Below, piece after piece: positions 30,201 through 40,843 of a stretch of DNA of 64,000 nt. The stretch is from NCBI GenBank assembly GCA_963793305.1, contig CAWBZV010000003.1:640001-704000 (forward strand). The letters are read 5' to 3'. Made by a program: the position numbers and the translations under genes. The DNA is from an uncultured Gemmatimonadales bacterium (GTDB lineage Bacteria > Gemmatimonadota > Gemmatimonadetes > Gemmatimonadales > Gemmatimonadaceae). Under the pieces are notes generated by a model. It was not told where the DNA came from. It made no database searches and saw only the letters and a program-made list of their open reading frames with translations. The stretch's first letter is position 1; every line of letters begins with the position of its first letter.

Positions 30201-32910
30201 CCGCCGTCGTATCAGCAGGATTTGCAGGACGAGCTCCAGGCGACGGTGCTCGCGTCGACCGAAGCGGCGTTGATCGACAAGCCCGGCGGGGTGATGCTCC
30301 GCCGCCGCGATCTGATTCCGCCGGACGATCTGGCCGTGTTGCGCGCGACCGCGCGCGTAAACGTACCGTGCGATGGCTTGCGGCTGGCCGAGATCCTGGA
30401 GCTTCCGGAGACCGAGCCAGAGTATCCGCCGGCGTTCGAGCCGACGACGCAGTCGGGCGGCGGCATCGTGAGTGCCGGCGTGCTCGCGGCCGCCGCGGCG
30501 CGGTCGGGCGATGGGGCGCGCGGCGACGCGCTGCTCAGAGCCGCGCCACCCGTCGCGTTCGACAACGGACTCGGTGGCCTGGCGGCCGATGGCTCGTATC
30601 AGATCCGGCTGACCGACGGCGCGACGACACCCGCGCCGTGGACGAACGTGATCGCCAACGAGAACGGCGGGTTCTTGATCTCCGAGAACGGCGGCGGGTA
30701 CGTGTGGGCCGAGAATAGCTTCTTCTTCCGGCTGACGCCGTGGCTCAATGATCCGGTCAGCGACGAGCCCACGGATATCCTGTACATCCGCGACGACGAG
30801 ACTGGAGAAGTCTGGACGCCGACGCCCGATCCCATCCGGCACCAGACCCCGTATCTCATCCACCACGCGCCCGCCCGCACGGAGTTCCGGCACAGCCATG
30901 CCGGATTAACCACGCATCTCGTGCTCGGAATCCCTGAGCACGACGTCGTCAAGATCGCCAAGCTGTCGATCACCAACGACACGGCCATCCCCCGCCGCGT
31001 GACGATCACGCACTACGCCGACTGGTGCCTCGGCGTCATGCGTGAGCATACGCAGCATCAGGTGCGGACGCAGTTCGATCGCGAGACCGAAGCGATGTTC
31101 GCGCAGAACGGATACGACCAGGACTTCGCCAAGAAAGTCGCGTTCACGGCGTTGAGCTTGCCGGTCATGAGCTATACCGGCGATCGGCGCGAGTTCATTG
31201 GGCGCAACGGAACGCTCGCGGCTCCCGCCGGTCTCGAGCGCGCATCGTTGGCCGAGTCCTGCGGGCCGCTGCTCGACCCCTGCGCGGCTCTCCAGGGCTC
31301 GGTGTCCATCCTCCCTGGCGAGACCCGCGAGGTTGTCGCGCTGCTGGGTTGCGGCAATGGGGAGGCCGAGTGTCGCTCCTTGATCGAGAAGTATCGTGAG
31401 GGCGATGAGGGGATTGAGGAGCACGTCGAGGCGTGGCGCCGGCGGCTCACCACCATTCAGGTGAAGACGCCGGACCCGGCCTGCGATGCCATTCTCAATG
31501 GCTGGCTCCTCTACCAGGCGCTCGCCTGCCGGTTCTTCGCGCGAACGGCGCTCTATCAGTCGAGCGGCGCCTATGGGTTCCGCGATCAGCTGCAGGACTC
31601 AATGGCGTTCGTCTACAGCGACCCGCAACTGGCCCGCGAGCATATTCTGCGCAGCACCGGCCGTCAGTTCGTCGAGGGCGACGTTCCAGCACTGGTGGCA
31701 CGCGCACAACGGCCGTGGCGTGCGCACGCGATTCTCGGACGATCTCGCCTGGCTGCCGTTCGTCGTCGATCACTATCTCGTCGTCACGGGTGACACGAGT
31801 GTGCTCGACGAGGTTGTGCCGTTTCTCACGATGCGGCAGCTGGAGCCGAACGAGCAGGAGCTGTACGACCGTCCCGACGTGTCGTCGGAGAAAGCGACGG
31901 TCTATGAGCACTGCCTTCGGGCCCTCAAGAAAGCCGCGACCGTCGGCCAGCACGGGCTGCCCCTCATGGGCGTCGGCGACTGGAACGACGGGATGAATCG
32001 TGTCGGCGTCGGCGGCCAGGGCGTGAGCGTCTGGCTCGCCTGGTTCTTGATCGCCACGCAACGCCGGTTCGCCGTGCATTGCGACGCACGGGGCGACAAG
32101 GCGGCGGCGGCCGAGCTCCGGGCCAAGGCCGACGCCTACGCCGCGGCGATCGAGAAAGAGTCCTGGGACGGCGCGTGGTACCGTCGCGCGTACTTCGACG
32201 ACGGTACGCCACTGGGTAGTCATCAGAACGACGAGTGCCAGATCGACGCCATCGCCCAGAGCTGGTCCGTGATATCAGGCGCGGGCGAACCGGATCGTCA
32301 AAAGCGAGCGGCCGAGTCGGTGTACACACATCTCGTCCGCGAGGACGCGCGCCTCATCGAGCTCCTGACGCCGCCGTTCGATCATACGGACCACGATCCG
32401 GGCTACATCAAGGGCTATCTCCCCGGTGTCCGCGAGAACGGCGCGCAATACACGCATGCCGCGACGTGGACGGTATTGGCCAGAGCCCTGCTCGGCGACG
32501 GCGATACAGCGTATCGCTTGTACGAGATGCTCAACCCGTTCACGCACCCGCTGGAGACGTACAAGGTCGAGCCGTACGTGATCGCCGCCGACGTGTACAC
32601 GGCCGAAGGGCACTTAGGCCGCGGCGGTTGGACGTGGTACACCGGCTCAGCCGCCTGGGCGTATCGCGTGGGACTCGAGGGCATACTGGGCTTCAAGAAA
32701 CGCGGCGCGACGTTACGCCTCGAACCGGTCATCCCCGCGGCATGGGAAGGGTTCGAGCTGACGTATCGCTACGGCTCGTCCACGTATCACATCACGGTTC
32801 GAAAAGGCGACGCGGAAGAGCCGACGGATATTCCGCTCGTGGACGACGGGAAGACCCACGAGGTGACGGTTACGATAGCGGCTCGAGATCTGTCACCGCT
32901 GGCCCGTTGA
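24213..32910 (+). CDS. ndvB: Cyclic beta-1,2-glucan synthase (Cgs/NdvB/ChvB: GT84 + glycoamylase-like + GH94 phosphorylase); +1 frameshift near 31683
   Basis: [82 protein letters not shown] should read DVQHWW; continues [24 protein letters not shown]. Confidence 0.93.
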
Positions 32911-34336
32911 TCACTTTCCCATAGGGGTCGAACCGGGACCCGTGGCACGGGCAGTCCCAGGTCTTTTCGGTCGAGTTCCAGTCGACGATGCAGAACAGAT
33001 GCGGGCACACGGCAGAACACTCGTGCATGCGCCCCTTCTCATCACGAAACGCCGCGATCTTGGTAATGCCCCTTCGAATGACCGCGCCCTCTCCTTTCCC
33101 GATGTGCGCGACCGTGGCCACCTGACCAGGCGTAATCCATCGCGCGTATTGCCCGGCGACATTCAAATTCTCACGGGCATACTCGACGCCTGACCGCAAG
33201 CTCAATCGCGCGGGATCATAGAGTTTCGCCCACGGATTCTCGCGACACATGATGAGATCCGTGAGCAGCATCCCGGCGAGCGTGCCATAGGTCATCCCGT
33301 TTCCCGAATCGCCGGTCGCGACGTAGATGTTCGGCACGACGCCGGGATTCGGCCCGATGAATGCCAGTCCATCCACGGGTTCGAGGATCTGGCCAGACCA
33401 GCGATACTGCACGGGCCCTAGCCCGGCAAACTGGGTTCGGGCCCAGCGCTCTATAGCGGCATAGCGGTCAGTAGTGTTGTCGGCCTGACCGGTCTTGTGA
33501 TCACCGCCGCCCACGATGAGCATGTTGCCGAGCGTGCGCGCGTAGTGATACGGCGACTCGGTGTCCCAGTAGAGCGCCACCTCGATGGGCTCAGTCAGCG
33601 GCATCGCGATGACGTACGTGCGATACGCCGCCTGCTTCGTGTGCATCGTGACGACGTCGTTGACCGGTGAGCCGGTGGCAATGACGACGGCGCCCGCGGT
33701 GATCACGTGGCCTTTGTCGGTGACCACGCGACCCGTCGTGCCGCCCGACATCTCGACCGCGTGCGTCCCCCCGTAGATGCGCCCGCCGTCCCGTACGATC
33801 GCTCGCGCCAGTGCTTCGACGTAGGCAACCGGGTCGAACTGCGCCTGGCGCGGGAAGTGTAGCGTATCGCCGATCCGCTCGACATCCGTGAGACCCGCGC
33901 GATGACATGCGGCGAGCTCGCGGTCGAGCACTTCGGCGTCGCCGAGCAAGTAGCCGGGCACGCGCTCGAACTCGCACGCGATGTCCTCGGAGCCGACGAT
34001 CGCCTCGATGCGATCGATCGCGGCGACCTGGCTCTGGGCGGCGAGCCGCGCGGCGTGGAGGCCGTGCAGGCGCTCGAGCGCGTAATACCGGTCGTCGAGC
34101 ACCGCCGTGATGTGCGCGGTCGTGCGCCCCGTCTCGCCGCCGGCGACGCCGCCATTGTCGATGGCGACCACCGTCTTGCCTTCGCGCGCGAGGAGATAGG
34201 CGGTTGTGACGCCGGCTATGCCTAAGCCCACGACGCACACGTCGGCGTAGGTATCGTCGCCGAGTGGCGGATACCACGGGACGCGTGTGCGCTGGCCATT
34301 CCACCAGATCGGGGTTGTGGCTGTGATCTGAGTCAC
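32870..34336 (-). CDS. FAD-dependent oxidoreductase with C-terminal Rieske [2Fe-2S] domain
   Basis: [32 protein letters not shown]...[10 protein letters not shown]. Confidence 0.92.
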   Translation of the reverse strand: MTQITATTPIWWNGQRTRVPWYPPLGDDTYADVCVVGLGIAGVTTAYLLAREGKTVVAIDNGGVAGGETGRTTAHITAVLDDRYYALERLHGLHAARLAAQSQVAAIDRIEAIVGSEDIACEFERVPGYLLGDAEVLDRELAACHRAGLTDVERIGDTLHFPRQAQFDPVAYVEALARAIVRDGGRIYGGTHAVEMSGGTTGRVVTDKGHVITAGAVVIATGSPVNDVVTMHTKQAAYRTYVIAMPLTEPIEVALYWDTESPYHYARTLGNMLIVGGGDHKTGQADNTTDRYAAIERWARTQFAGLGPVQYRWSGQILEPVDGLAFIGPNPGVVPNIYVATGDSGNGMTYGTLAGMLLTDLIMCRENPWAKLYDPARLSLRSGVEYARENLNVAGQYARWITPGQVATVAHIGKGEGAVIRRGITKIAAFRDEKGRMHECSAVCPHLFCIVDWNSTEKTWDCPCHGSRFDPYGKVINGPAVTDLEPLS

Positions 34337-34366
34337 CAGGTGAGCCCTTGGTTCATCTTCCGTGCC

Positions 34367-34870
34367 ATGAGACACGTTCTTCTTCTTTGTCTGGGGCTGT
34401 CGAGCGCCGCATGCGCGCACCCCAGTGCGTTTATTGTAAGCCCAGTCGCGCTGGCACCCGCCTTGGTGGGTTCGTGGCGTCTCGAAAGCGGTGGCGTACG
34501 AAGCACGGGTTTCTACGATCCGGAGACGCTGGAGTTCGCCGACAGCAAGCCGGGACAATACATCACGCTGACCGCCGATAGGGGGTTCGAGAGCGGCCGC
34601 GTGACGCGCGCTGGTGAGGGTGCGTGTGCCGTGACACGGTATGAATATCACCGTGGGACGGTCGAGGTTCGCGACTCTGTGCTCGTTCTGTACGCGACCG
34701 CGGGGCGCGTACGGAACGTGGCACCGTGCGACCTCACATCAGACTATGAGAAAAACGACACTGGTGTCGAGTCGCTCGCCTTCCGACCCGGCACCAGTGA
34801 TAATTCTCTGATCATTGCCTCGGCCTCGCTCGTGCGCGAGATGCCGAGTGTCGTCGCCGACGCGCGTTAG
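34367..34870 (+). CDS. Hypothetical lipoprotein
   Basis: MRHVLLLCLGLSSAAC lipobox; LVGSW beta-rich domain. Confidence 0.6.
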   Translation: MRHVLLLCLGLSSAACAHPSAFIVSPVALAPALVGSWRLESGGVRSTGFYDPETLEFADSKPGQYITLTADRGFESGRVTRAGEGACAVTRYEYHRGTVEVRDSVLVLYATAGRVRNVAPCDLTSDYEKNDTGVESLAFRPGTSDNSLIIASASLVREMPSVVADAR

Positions 34871-35274
34871 CTACAGCCGGGCGCCCCTTCCAGCGAGTCC
34901 TGCGGGAACGGCGCGGTAGCCGCACCGATCCAGACGGCGCAGGTGTGCGGGCTCGCCGTCGACGGGACGAAGCTATTCACCATCGACGCCGTCCAGCCTG
35001 AATTCAGGATGTTCTTGGCCGAGAACGTATTTCCGGCCGACGTGTGATACGACAGGTTCGCGATCAAGAAGTTGGGGTCCGCGTACGTCGCGTTGTCGAA
35101 GAAGTACGCTTCTTCGGCCGTCTCCAGGTTGCGGAGATCCGCGCGCATGGAGTCCACGTACGCCTTCTCTTTCGACGAGGCGAACTTCGGGATGGCGATC
35201 GCGGCAAGGATGCCGATGATGACCACCACGATCAGCAACTCGATCAGCGTAAATCCATCTCGGCGACTCGACAC
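34867..35274 (-). CDS. Type IV pilin
   Basis: Class III signal RRDG|FTLIELLIVVVIIGILAAIAIPKF; C-terminal Cys pair. Confidence 0.93.
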   Translation of the reverse strand: MSSRRDGFTLIELLIVVVIIGILAAIAIPKFASSKEKAYVDSMRADLRNLETAEEAYFFDNATYADPNFLIANLSYHTSAGNTFSAKNILNSGWTASMVNSFVPSTASPHTCAVWIGAATAPFPQDSLEGAPGCS

Positions 35275-35311
35275 GATGACCTCTCCGGGCCAATGACTTG
35301 CCTCGAACTAA

Positions 35312-35370
35312 AGCAATCGGTGTTCCGCCGTTAACAAATTGCGCAACTCGTTGTAAAATAACCACTTATA
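35312..35370 (-). promoter_or_regulatory. sigma54 (-24/-12) promoter of the pilin gene with an adjacent IHF-like site
   Basis: Minus strand CGGAACACCGATTGCT (35327-35312) has GG-N10-GC spacing; just upstream is TTACAACGAGTTG, close to WATCAANNNNTTR. Confidence 0.6.
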
Positions 35371-35428
35371 AAACGTGGTGGCGGGTACCCGGCAAAATCT
35401 CCCGCCTCATTCTGCAACCGGTGCTGCA

Positions 35429-37453
35429 TTATGAAACGCCGAGCAGCGTTAAAGCTGCATCTACGACCCGCGCCGAGGTGAGGCCCAGCTCCTTGTACAC
35501 AATGGGCCCCGGGGACGACGCGCCGAAGCGCTCGAGCCCCACGACCGTGCCGTTGTCGCCGACCCAACGGTACCACGACACGGGGTGCCCGGCCTCCACG
35601 GCGACCCGCGGGATGCCCGGCGGCAGCACGGTGTCCTTGTAACTCGGCGGCTGGGCCGCAAAGATCTCATGGCTCGGCATGCTTACGACCCGCGCCCGGA
35701 CGCCGCGCGCGGCCAGCGCCGTCCTGGCATCGACGGCGAGCGACACTTCCGACCCCGACGACATGAGCACGACCTGCGGCGCACCGCCCTCGGCGTCGGC
35801 CAGCACATACGCGCCCTTCGCCAGTCCCGGGCCGCTGCCCTGCAACAACGGGAGCTTCTGCCGCGTCAGCACGAGCGACACCGGGCCGCCTTCGTGATTG
35901 ATCGCCACGCGCCACGCTTCGGCCACCTCGTTCGCATTGGCCGGCCGGATCAACGTCGCATTCGGGATCGCGCGCATGGTCGACAGTTGCTCGATCGGTT
36001 GGTGCGTTGGGCCGTCTTCGCCGAGGCCGATCGAGTCGTGCGTGAAGACCCAGATCACGTGTTGACGCATGAGCGCCGCGAGTCGGATGGCGGGGCGCAT
36101 GTAGTCGGAGAAAATAAAGAACGTCGATCCAAACGGCAGCAGGCTGCCGTGCAGCGCCATCCCATTCAGCATCGCGCCCATCCCATGCTCGCGAATGCCG
36201 AAATGCACATTGCGCCCCGCATAGCTCGTCGGGTCGAACACCGGGCTGTCTTTGAGATACGTGAGCGTCGACGGATTGAGGTCAGCCGCGCCACCAAATA
36301 ACTCGGGCACCTGGGCGTCGAACGAGTTCAGCACCAACGCCGAAGACGCCCGGGTGGCGACGTTGCCGTTCTCTTTGGTGAACGTGGGAAAGTTTTTGTC
36401 CCACCCTGGCCGCCGCTTCCCGGTCAGTCGGCGATCGTACTCCGCCCCGAGCTCCGGCAGCGCCGCGACATAGGCGACGTGCGCCTTTTCCCAGGCGAGA
36501 CGTGCGGGCCGACCGCGTTGACCAGCGGCCCGCCAGTGGTCGAGCGATTCCGGCGGCACGAAGAATGGCTCGAGCGATGGCCAGCCGAGGTTCTGCTTCG
36601 TGAGCTCGATTTCTTTTGCGCCGAGCGCCTCGCCGTGCGCTTTCTCGGAGTCGACTTTGTTCGGCGAGCCGTACCCGATGTGCGTGCGGGTGATGATCAA
36701 CGATGGCTTATCAGTGACGGCCTTGGCGTTGACGATCGCCGCGTCCACGGCATCGATGTCGTTGACGTCGGCCACGTGCTGCACGTGCCAGCCGTACGCC
36801 TCGAAGCGCATGCCGGCATCGTCCGTGTACGTGAGCTCTGTCTTGCCATCGATGGTGATGTGATTGTCGTCGTAGAACCCGATGAGCTTGCCGAGCTTGA
36901 AATGCCCGGCGAACGACGCGGCCTCGTGGGAGATGCCTTCCATGAGGCATCCGTCACCGGCGATGAAGTACGTGTGGTGATCGACGATAGTCTGTCCCGG
37001 CCGATTGAACTCGGCCGCCAAGTGCGCCTCGGCCACGGCCATACCGACCGCATTGGCGACGCCCTGACCGAGCGGCCCGGTGGTCGTCTCGACGCCGACG
37101 GTGTCGCCGTGCTCCGGGTGGCCCGGGGTCTTGGAGCCCCACTGCCGAAACTGTTTGAGATCATCGAGCGTGAGCCCGTAGCCGGTCAGGTACAGGACGG
37201 CGTACTGCAGCATCGACGCATGCCCATTCGACAGCACGAACCGATCGCGGTCCGGCCAATCCGGGGCGGACGCGTCGTACTTCATGTGTCGAGTCCAGAG
37301 AACATACGCCAGCGGCGCGAGCGCCATCGGCGTGCCTGGGTGCCCGCTGTCGGCCTTCTGGACGGCGTCCATGGCGAGCGTGCGGACGGTGTCGATCGCC
37401 AGCTGCTGGATCGAGGACGTGGCGGGTATTGGGGGGGCGATAGTCGAGGCCAT
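35429..37453 (-). CDS. tkt: Transketolase
   Basis: [55 protein letters not shown]. Confidence 0.98.
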   Translation of the reverse strand: MASTIAPPIPATSSIQQLAIDTVRTLAMDAVQKADSGHPGTPMALAPLAYVLWTRHMKYDASAPDWPDRDRFVLSNGHASMLQYAVLYLTGYGLTLDDLKQFRQWGSKTPGHPEHGDTVGVETTTGPLGQGVANAVGMAVAEAHLAAEFNRPGQTIVDHHTYFIAGDGCLMEGISHEAASFAGHFKLGKLIGFYDDNHITIDGKTELTYTDDAGMRFEAYGWHVQHVADVNDIDAVDAAIVNAKAVTDKPSLIITRTHIGYGSPNKVDSEKAHGEALGAKEIELTKQNLGWPSLEPFFVPPESLDHWRAAGQRGRPARLAWEKAHVAYVAALPELGAEYDRRLTGKRRPGWDKNFPTFTKENGNVATRASSALVLNSFDAQVPELFGGAADLNPSTLTYLKDSPVFDPTSYAGRNVHFGIREHGMGAMLNGMALHGSLLPFGSTFFIFSDYMRPAIRLAALMRQHVIWVFTHDSIGLGEDGPTHQPIEQLSTMRAIPNATLIRPANANEVAEAWRVAINHEGGPVSLVLTRQKLPLLQGSGPGLAKGAYVLADAEGGAPQVVLMSSGSEVSLAVDARTALAARGVRARVVSMPSHEIFAAQPPSYKDTVLPPGIPRVAVEAGHPVSWYRWVGDNGTVVGLERFGASSPGPIVYKELGLTSARVVDAALTLLGVS

Positions 37454-37476
37454 AGGCCCCTAATCTATTCGCCTAG

Positions 37477-37908
37477 TTAGGGCGTGATGGTGAATGTTAC
37501 GGTATCAGACTCGAGCGGTTGCAGCAGGGTGACGACGAGGCGTCCGGGGCCGGGTGTGGGGCCCATCGTCAAGACGATGAATGCCTGCCCCGACCCGTTG
37601 GTCGAGTCGACGGCCGAGCACCGGTTGCCGCCCAGGCTGTCGGTCCGCTCGACGAGCACGGTACAGTTGCCCGCTGCGAGCGGATGGTGCACGTAGGTCG
37701 TATCCGCGGTCGGCGCGAAGAGAATGCCGCGATGCGCCGGCTGTCGCGTGCCGGTTAGAAATACGGTGAGCGCGAGCGACAGCGTCGAATCCGCGTGCCC
37801 GGTTTGGCCACCGCCGCTCGTGATCAGGATGCGCGAGCCGGCCGGCCCCGTGCTGCCTTTGCAGGCGGCCACCGCGAGGCACGCGACGAGGGCGATCCGA
37901 CGAGTCAC
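37477..37908 (-). CDS. Lipoprotein with a single Ig-like domain (short paralog of the upstream array)
   Basis: VAAC lipobox; SGGGQTG...L...L.V; STNGSGQA...G..PG...L.V. Confidence 0.7.
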   Translation of the reverse strand: MTRRIALVACLAVAACKGSTGPAGSRILITSGGGQTGHADSTLSLALTVFLTGTRQPAHRGILFAPTADTTYVHHPLAAGNCTVLVERTDSLGGNRCSAVDSTNGSGQAFIVLTMGPTPGPGRLVVTLLQPLESDTVTFTITP

Positions 37909-37921
37909 TCCCCAATCTAGC

Positions 37922-39391
37922 TCAGTGCCACGTCGGAGAATCCATCGCGCCGGTGTATCCCAACGGCAGGATGAGATTCGGGGTCGTGACGCTGATGAGA
38001 TCGATCTTCCTCGTGTTGATGTTCCGCGCGACGATCCAGTTTCCGTCGGGGGACCAGCCGATCTGGTACTCGTACGTTGGCCCGGTCAGGGCCGTCTGTC
38101 CCGTGCCATTGGGGTGGATGGTGCTGATGATCCCGTTCGCGTTGAACGCGATGACGTTCTCGTTCGGCGACCACGCCGTCGAATTGGCCAGGATGCTGCC
38201 CAGTTGAGTCGAGACGCCGTTCGACAGGTTGAGTATCTCGACCGTCGCATATCCCGGCACGACGTACGCGACCGATGTCCCGTCGGGCGAGGGGCTCGGA
38301 AACTCCGATGGATTAGCGCCCGTGGTAGCAGACAGCAGTGAGTCCGCCGTCCCGTCGGGGTGGACCCGCCAGATGTCAAAGCTGTTGGTGATCTTCGTGT
38401 AGTAGATCCACGTTCCATCGTGCGAGTACGCCGGCCACGCATCGATCGGCCCGCCGGAGTTGTCGAGCGCGGTGATCGTTCCGCTGGTCGTGATGCCGTA
38501 CAGCACGCCACCACCGCCGGATGTCCCGCCGCCCGTGGTCTCGTCGAACACGAGGCTCGTGCCGGAGGGGTTCCACACCAGGGTTCCCGCCGGCTGTGTG
38601 GTGATCGTCTTGTAGTTTGACCCATCCAAGTTGAAGACGGCGATGCCGCCGGCGTCGAGCGTGGCGGCCATCGTGCCGGACGGGACGCCCGAGATGTACG
38701 ATGTGTCGGTCACATTGTGGGCCGTGCCAGTCACTGCCACGCGCCCGATCGCGGTGACGGTGACGGTCGATCCCGACAGGTGGGCCGGGCCCGATAGGAC
38801 CGCGTACGACACGGGATCGGTGCGTGGGTTGCCGAAGCGGTCGACGACGGCCGTGTGCAGGTTCACGGTGCCGTTCACGTAGACCGCGGTGTCGGCCGGC
38901 CCCGATCGCAACGTCGCCGCGCTGCCGGCGGTCACGGTGAATTTCGCGGTGTCGACATAGCCGAGCGCCGGCACTTTGATCACGAGGGGCGCCGTGCCCG
39001 CGCGGGTGCCGAAGTAGAGGTCGACGTTCACCTCGCCCTGCGTGTTGGTCGTCTCCGCGACAAACGACGTGGGCTGGTTGGAGCTGAGCGACGCGATGTC
39101 GACCCAGTCCCCGCCATACGGATTGGCGCTGTCGGCCGCGCTGACCGCTTCGAATTGCACGACGGCGTCGGACACCAGACTGCCGTTATGCGTGATCAAC
39201 ACAACGAGCGCCTGCGCGGGGATGCCCTGCACGGTATCGGTCTGCTGATTCCCCGCGACGAAGTAGACGTTCGGGTGCGGGGTCGAGGTGTGCGGAGCGG
39301 TGGAGCTCCCGCAAGCGGCGACGACGAAAAGCGGTGCGAGGCCGAAGACCTGACGAACAGAACGCAATGCCCCTCCAGAGATCAATGCCAT
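37922..39391 (-). CDS. Lipoprotein with Ig-like domains + PD40/TolB-like beta-propeller (copy 3)
   Basis: VAAC lipobox; GNQQTDT; VDRFGNPRTDPV; WNPSG, YSHDGTWIYY, PSPSPDG, WSPDG; ends LPLGYTGAMDSPTWH. Confidence 0.85.
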   Translation of the reverse strand: MALISGGALRSVRQVFGLAPLFVVAACGSSTAPHTSTPHPNVYFVAGNQQTDTVQGIPAQALVVLITHNGSLVSDAVVQFEAVSAADSANPYGGDWVDIASLSSNQPTSFVAETTNTQGEVNVDLYFGTRAGTAPLVIKVPALGYVDTAKFTVTAGSAATLRSGPADTAVYVNGTVNLHTAVVDRFGNPRTDPVSYAVLSGPAHLSGSTVTVTAIGRVAVTGTAHNVTDTSYISGVPSGTMAATLDAGGIAVFNLDGSNYKTITTQPAGTLVWNPSGTSLVFDETTGGGTSGGGGVLYGITTSGTITALDNSGGPIDAWPAYSHDGTWIYYTKITNSFDIWRVHPDGTADSLLSATTGANPSEFPSPSPDGTSVAYVVPGYATVEILNLSNGVSTQLGSILANSTAWSPNENVIAFNANGIISTIHPNGTGQTALTGPTYEYQIGWSPDGNWIVARNINTRKIDLISVTTPNLILPLGYTGAMDSPTWH

Positions 39392-40836
39392 GTGGGAGAC
39401 CCGACCGTGCCCGTATAGCCGAGCGGGATGACGAGCTGTGTCGCTACGTTGATCACCTCCAGTCGAGTGGTCGCCGTGTTGCGGGCGATGATCCATTGCC
39501 CGTCTGGTGACCAATCGAACTGTGGTCCATACGGTCCAGGCGCGATCATGCTCTGGCCCGAGCCATCGCTGTTAATGAGCGCCATCGCGTTATTGAGCGT
39601 GACGTAGGCGATGACGTTCCGGGTTGGAGACCATACATCGGCGATGCCGTTCACGCCGAGATCGACGGCGGCGCCCGACGCCAGCGTGAGGACCTTCAGA
39701 TCGCCGGCGCCGCTCAGAATGTAGGAGACTTTGGTCCCGTCGAAGGACGGACTCGGGAACTGCAGGCTCTCGGGCGAGAGCATGTTCACCGTCGCGTCGC
39801 CGGTGCCGTCGGGGTGTACGCGCCACATCGGCAGCGTGGCGCTGTACTCGTCATAGTAGATCCACGTCCCATCGCGCGAGTACTGCGGATAGGCGAGGGC
39901 CACGGCGCCGGAGTTGGCGATCGTCGTGACCAGGCCGCTCGTGGTAACGCTCTGCAGCTGATCGATCGCGCCGTACAAGCCGTTCACCGTCTGATCGAAC
40001 ACCAGGCTCGATCCGTTCGGCGCCCACTTGAGGGTACCGGCGGAGACCGGTGAGATCTGCGTGAAGTCCGATCCGTCGAGGTTGAACCGCCAGATGTAGC
40101 TGATATCACCGGCCGCGGCGATCGTGCCCTTTGGCACGCCGTATACGATCGTCGTGTCGACGAGTCCATTGGCAGTCCCGGCGACCAGGATGGGACCGTA
40201 GCCGTTCGCAGTGAGCGTGGAGCCGTTGATCGATCCTGATCCGCCGACAACAGCGAACGTCACGGGATCAGTGCGGGTGTTGCCGAAGCGATCGACGACG
40301 GCCGTTCGGAGGCCGACGGTGCCGCCGAGGTAGGCGTCGGTGTCGTGCGGCATCGCCTGCATCGCGTACGGGTTTCCGGGGAGGACCGTGTAGCGGGCGG
40401 TGTCGAGGTATCCGAGCGCGGGGACGTTGACGACGAGCTGTCCGGGGCCCTCATCGTTGCCGAACGCGATCACGACGGATGCTTTGCCGGACGCATTGGT
40501 CGTTTCGGCGACGAACGGGCTGGGCGACCCGCCCGCGAGCGGCTCGACCAGCACTCGATAGGTGCCGCTGTCCAGGACCGATTGGAATCGCACGACCTGA
40601 TGCGCGCCGGACCCGGCCGGACCCGACCCCACCCGGACGATCAGGGCTTGGGTAAGGACCGACTGGATGGTGTCGGTCTGCGAGTTGCCCAGGGGGAAGG
40701 CGATCGGTACCCGCGAAAAGGTCGGGCCGGTCGCCTTGCTGCTGCCACACGCGATCGCCGTCAGTATTGCCGCCGTCAGACCGCATGCGCGCAAAAGCAA
40801 AGAGTGCCTCCCGAGAGAGGCACCCAAATTACCCAT
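39382..40836 (-). CDS. Lipoprotein with Ig-like domains + PD40/TolB-like beta-propeller (copy 2)
   Basis: AIAC lipobox; GNSQTDT; VDRFGNTRTDPV; YSRDGTWIYY; WSPDGQWI; ends IPLGYTGTVGSPTWH. Confidence 0.85.
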   Translation of the reverse strand: MGNLGASLGRHSLLLRACGLTAAILTAIACGSSKATGPTFSRVPIAFPLGNSQTDTIQSVLTQALIVRVGSGPAGSGAHQVVRFQSVLDSGTYRVLVEPLAGGSPSPFVAETTNASGKASVVIAFGNDEGPGQLVVNVPALGYLDTARYTVLPGNPYAMQAMPHDTDAYLGGTVGLRTAVVDRFGNTRTDPVTFAVVGGSGSINGSTLTANGYGPILVAGTANGLVDTTIVYGVPKGTIAAAGDISYIWRFNLDGSDFTQISPVSAGTLKWAPNGSSLVFDQTVNGLYGAIDQLQSVTTSGLVTTIANSGAVALAYPQYSRDGTWIYYDEYSATLPMWRVHPDGTGDATVNMLSPESLQFPSPSFDGTKVSYILSGAGDLKVLTLASGAAVDLGVNGIADVWSPTRNVIAYVTLNNAMALINSDGSGQSMIAPGPYGPQFDWSPDGQWIIARNTATTRLEVINVATQLVIPLGYTGTVGSPTWH

Positions 40837-40843
40837 TGCCAAG

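Noticed and set aside
31670..31700. Programmed ribosomal frameshift separating the synthase and phosphorylase
   Set aside because: No slippery heptamer; the break falls inside a conserved GH94 motif and has the same context as three unrelated frameshifts.
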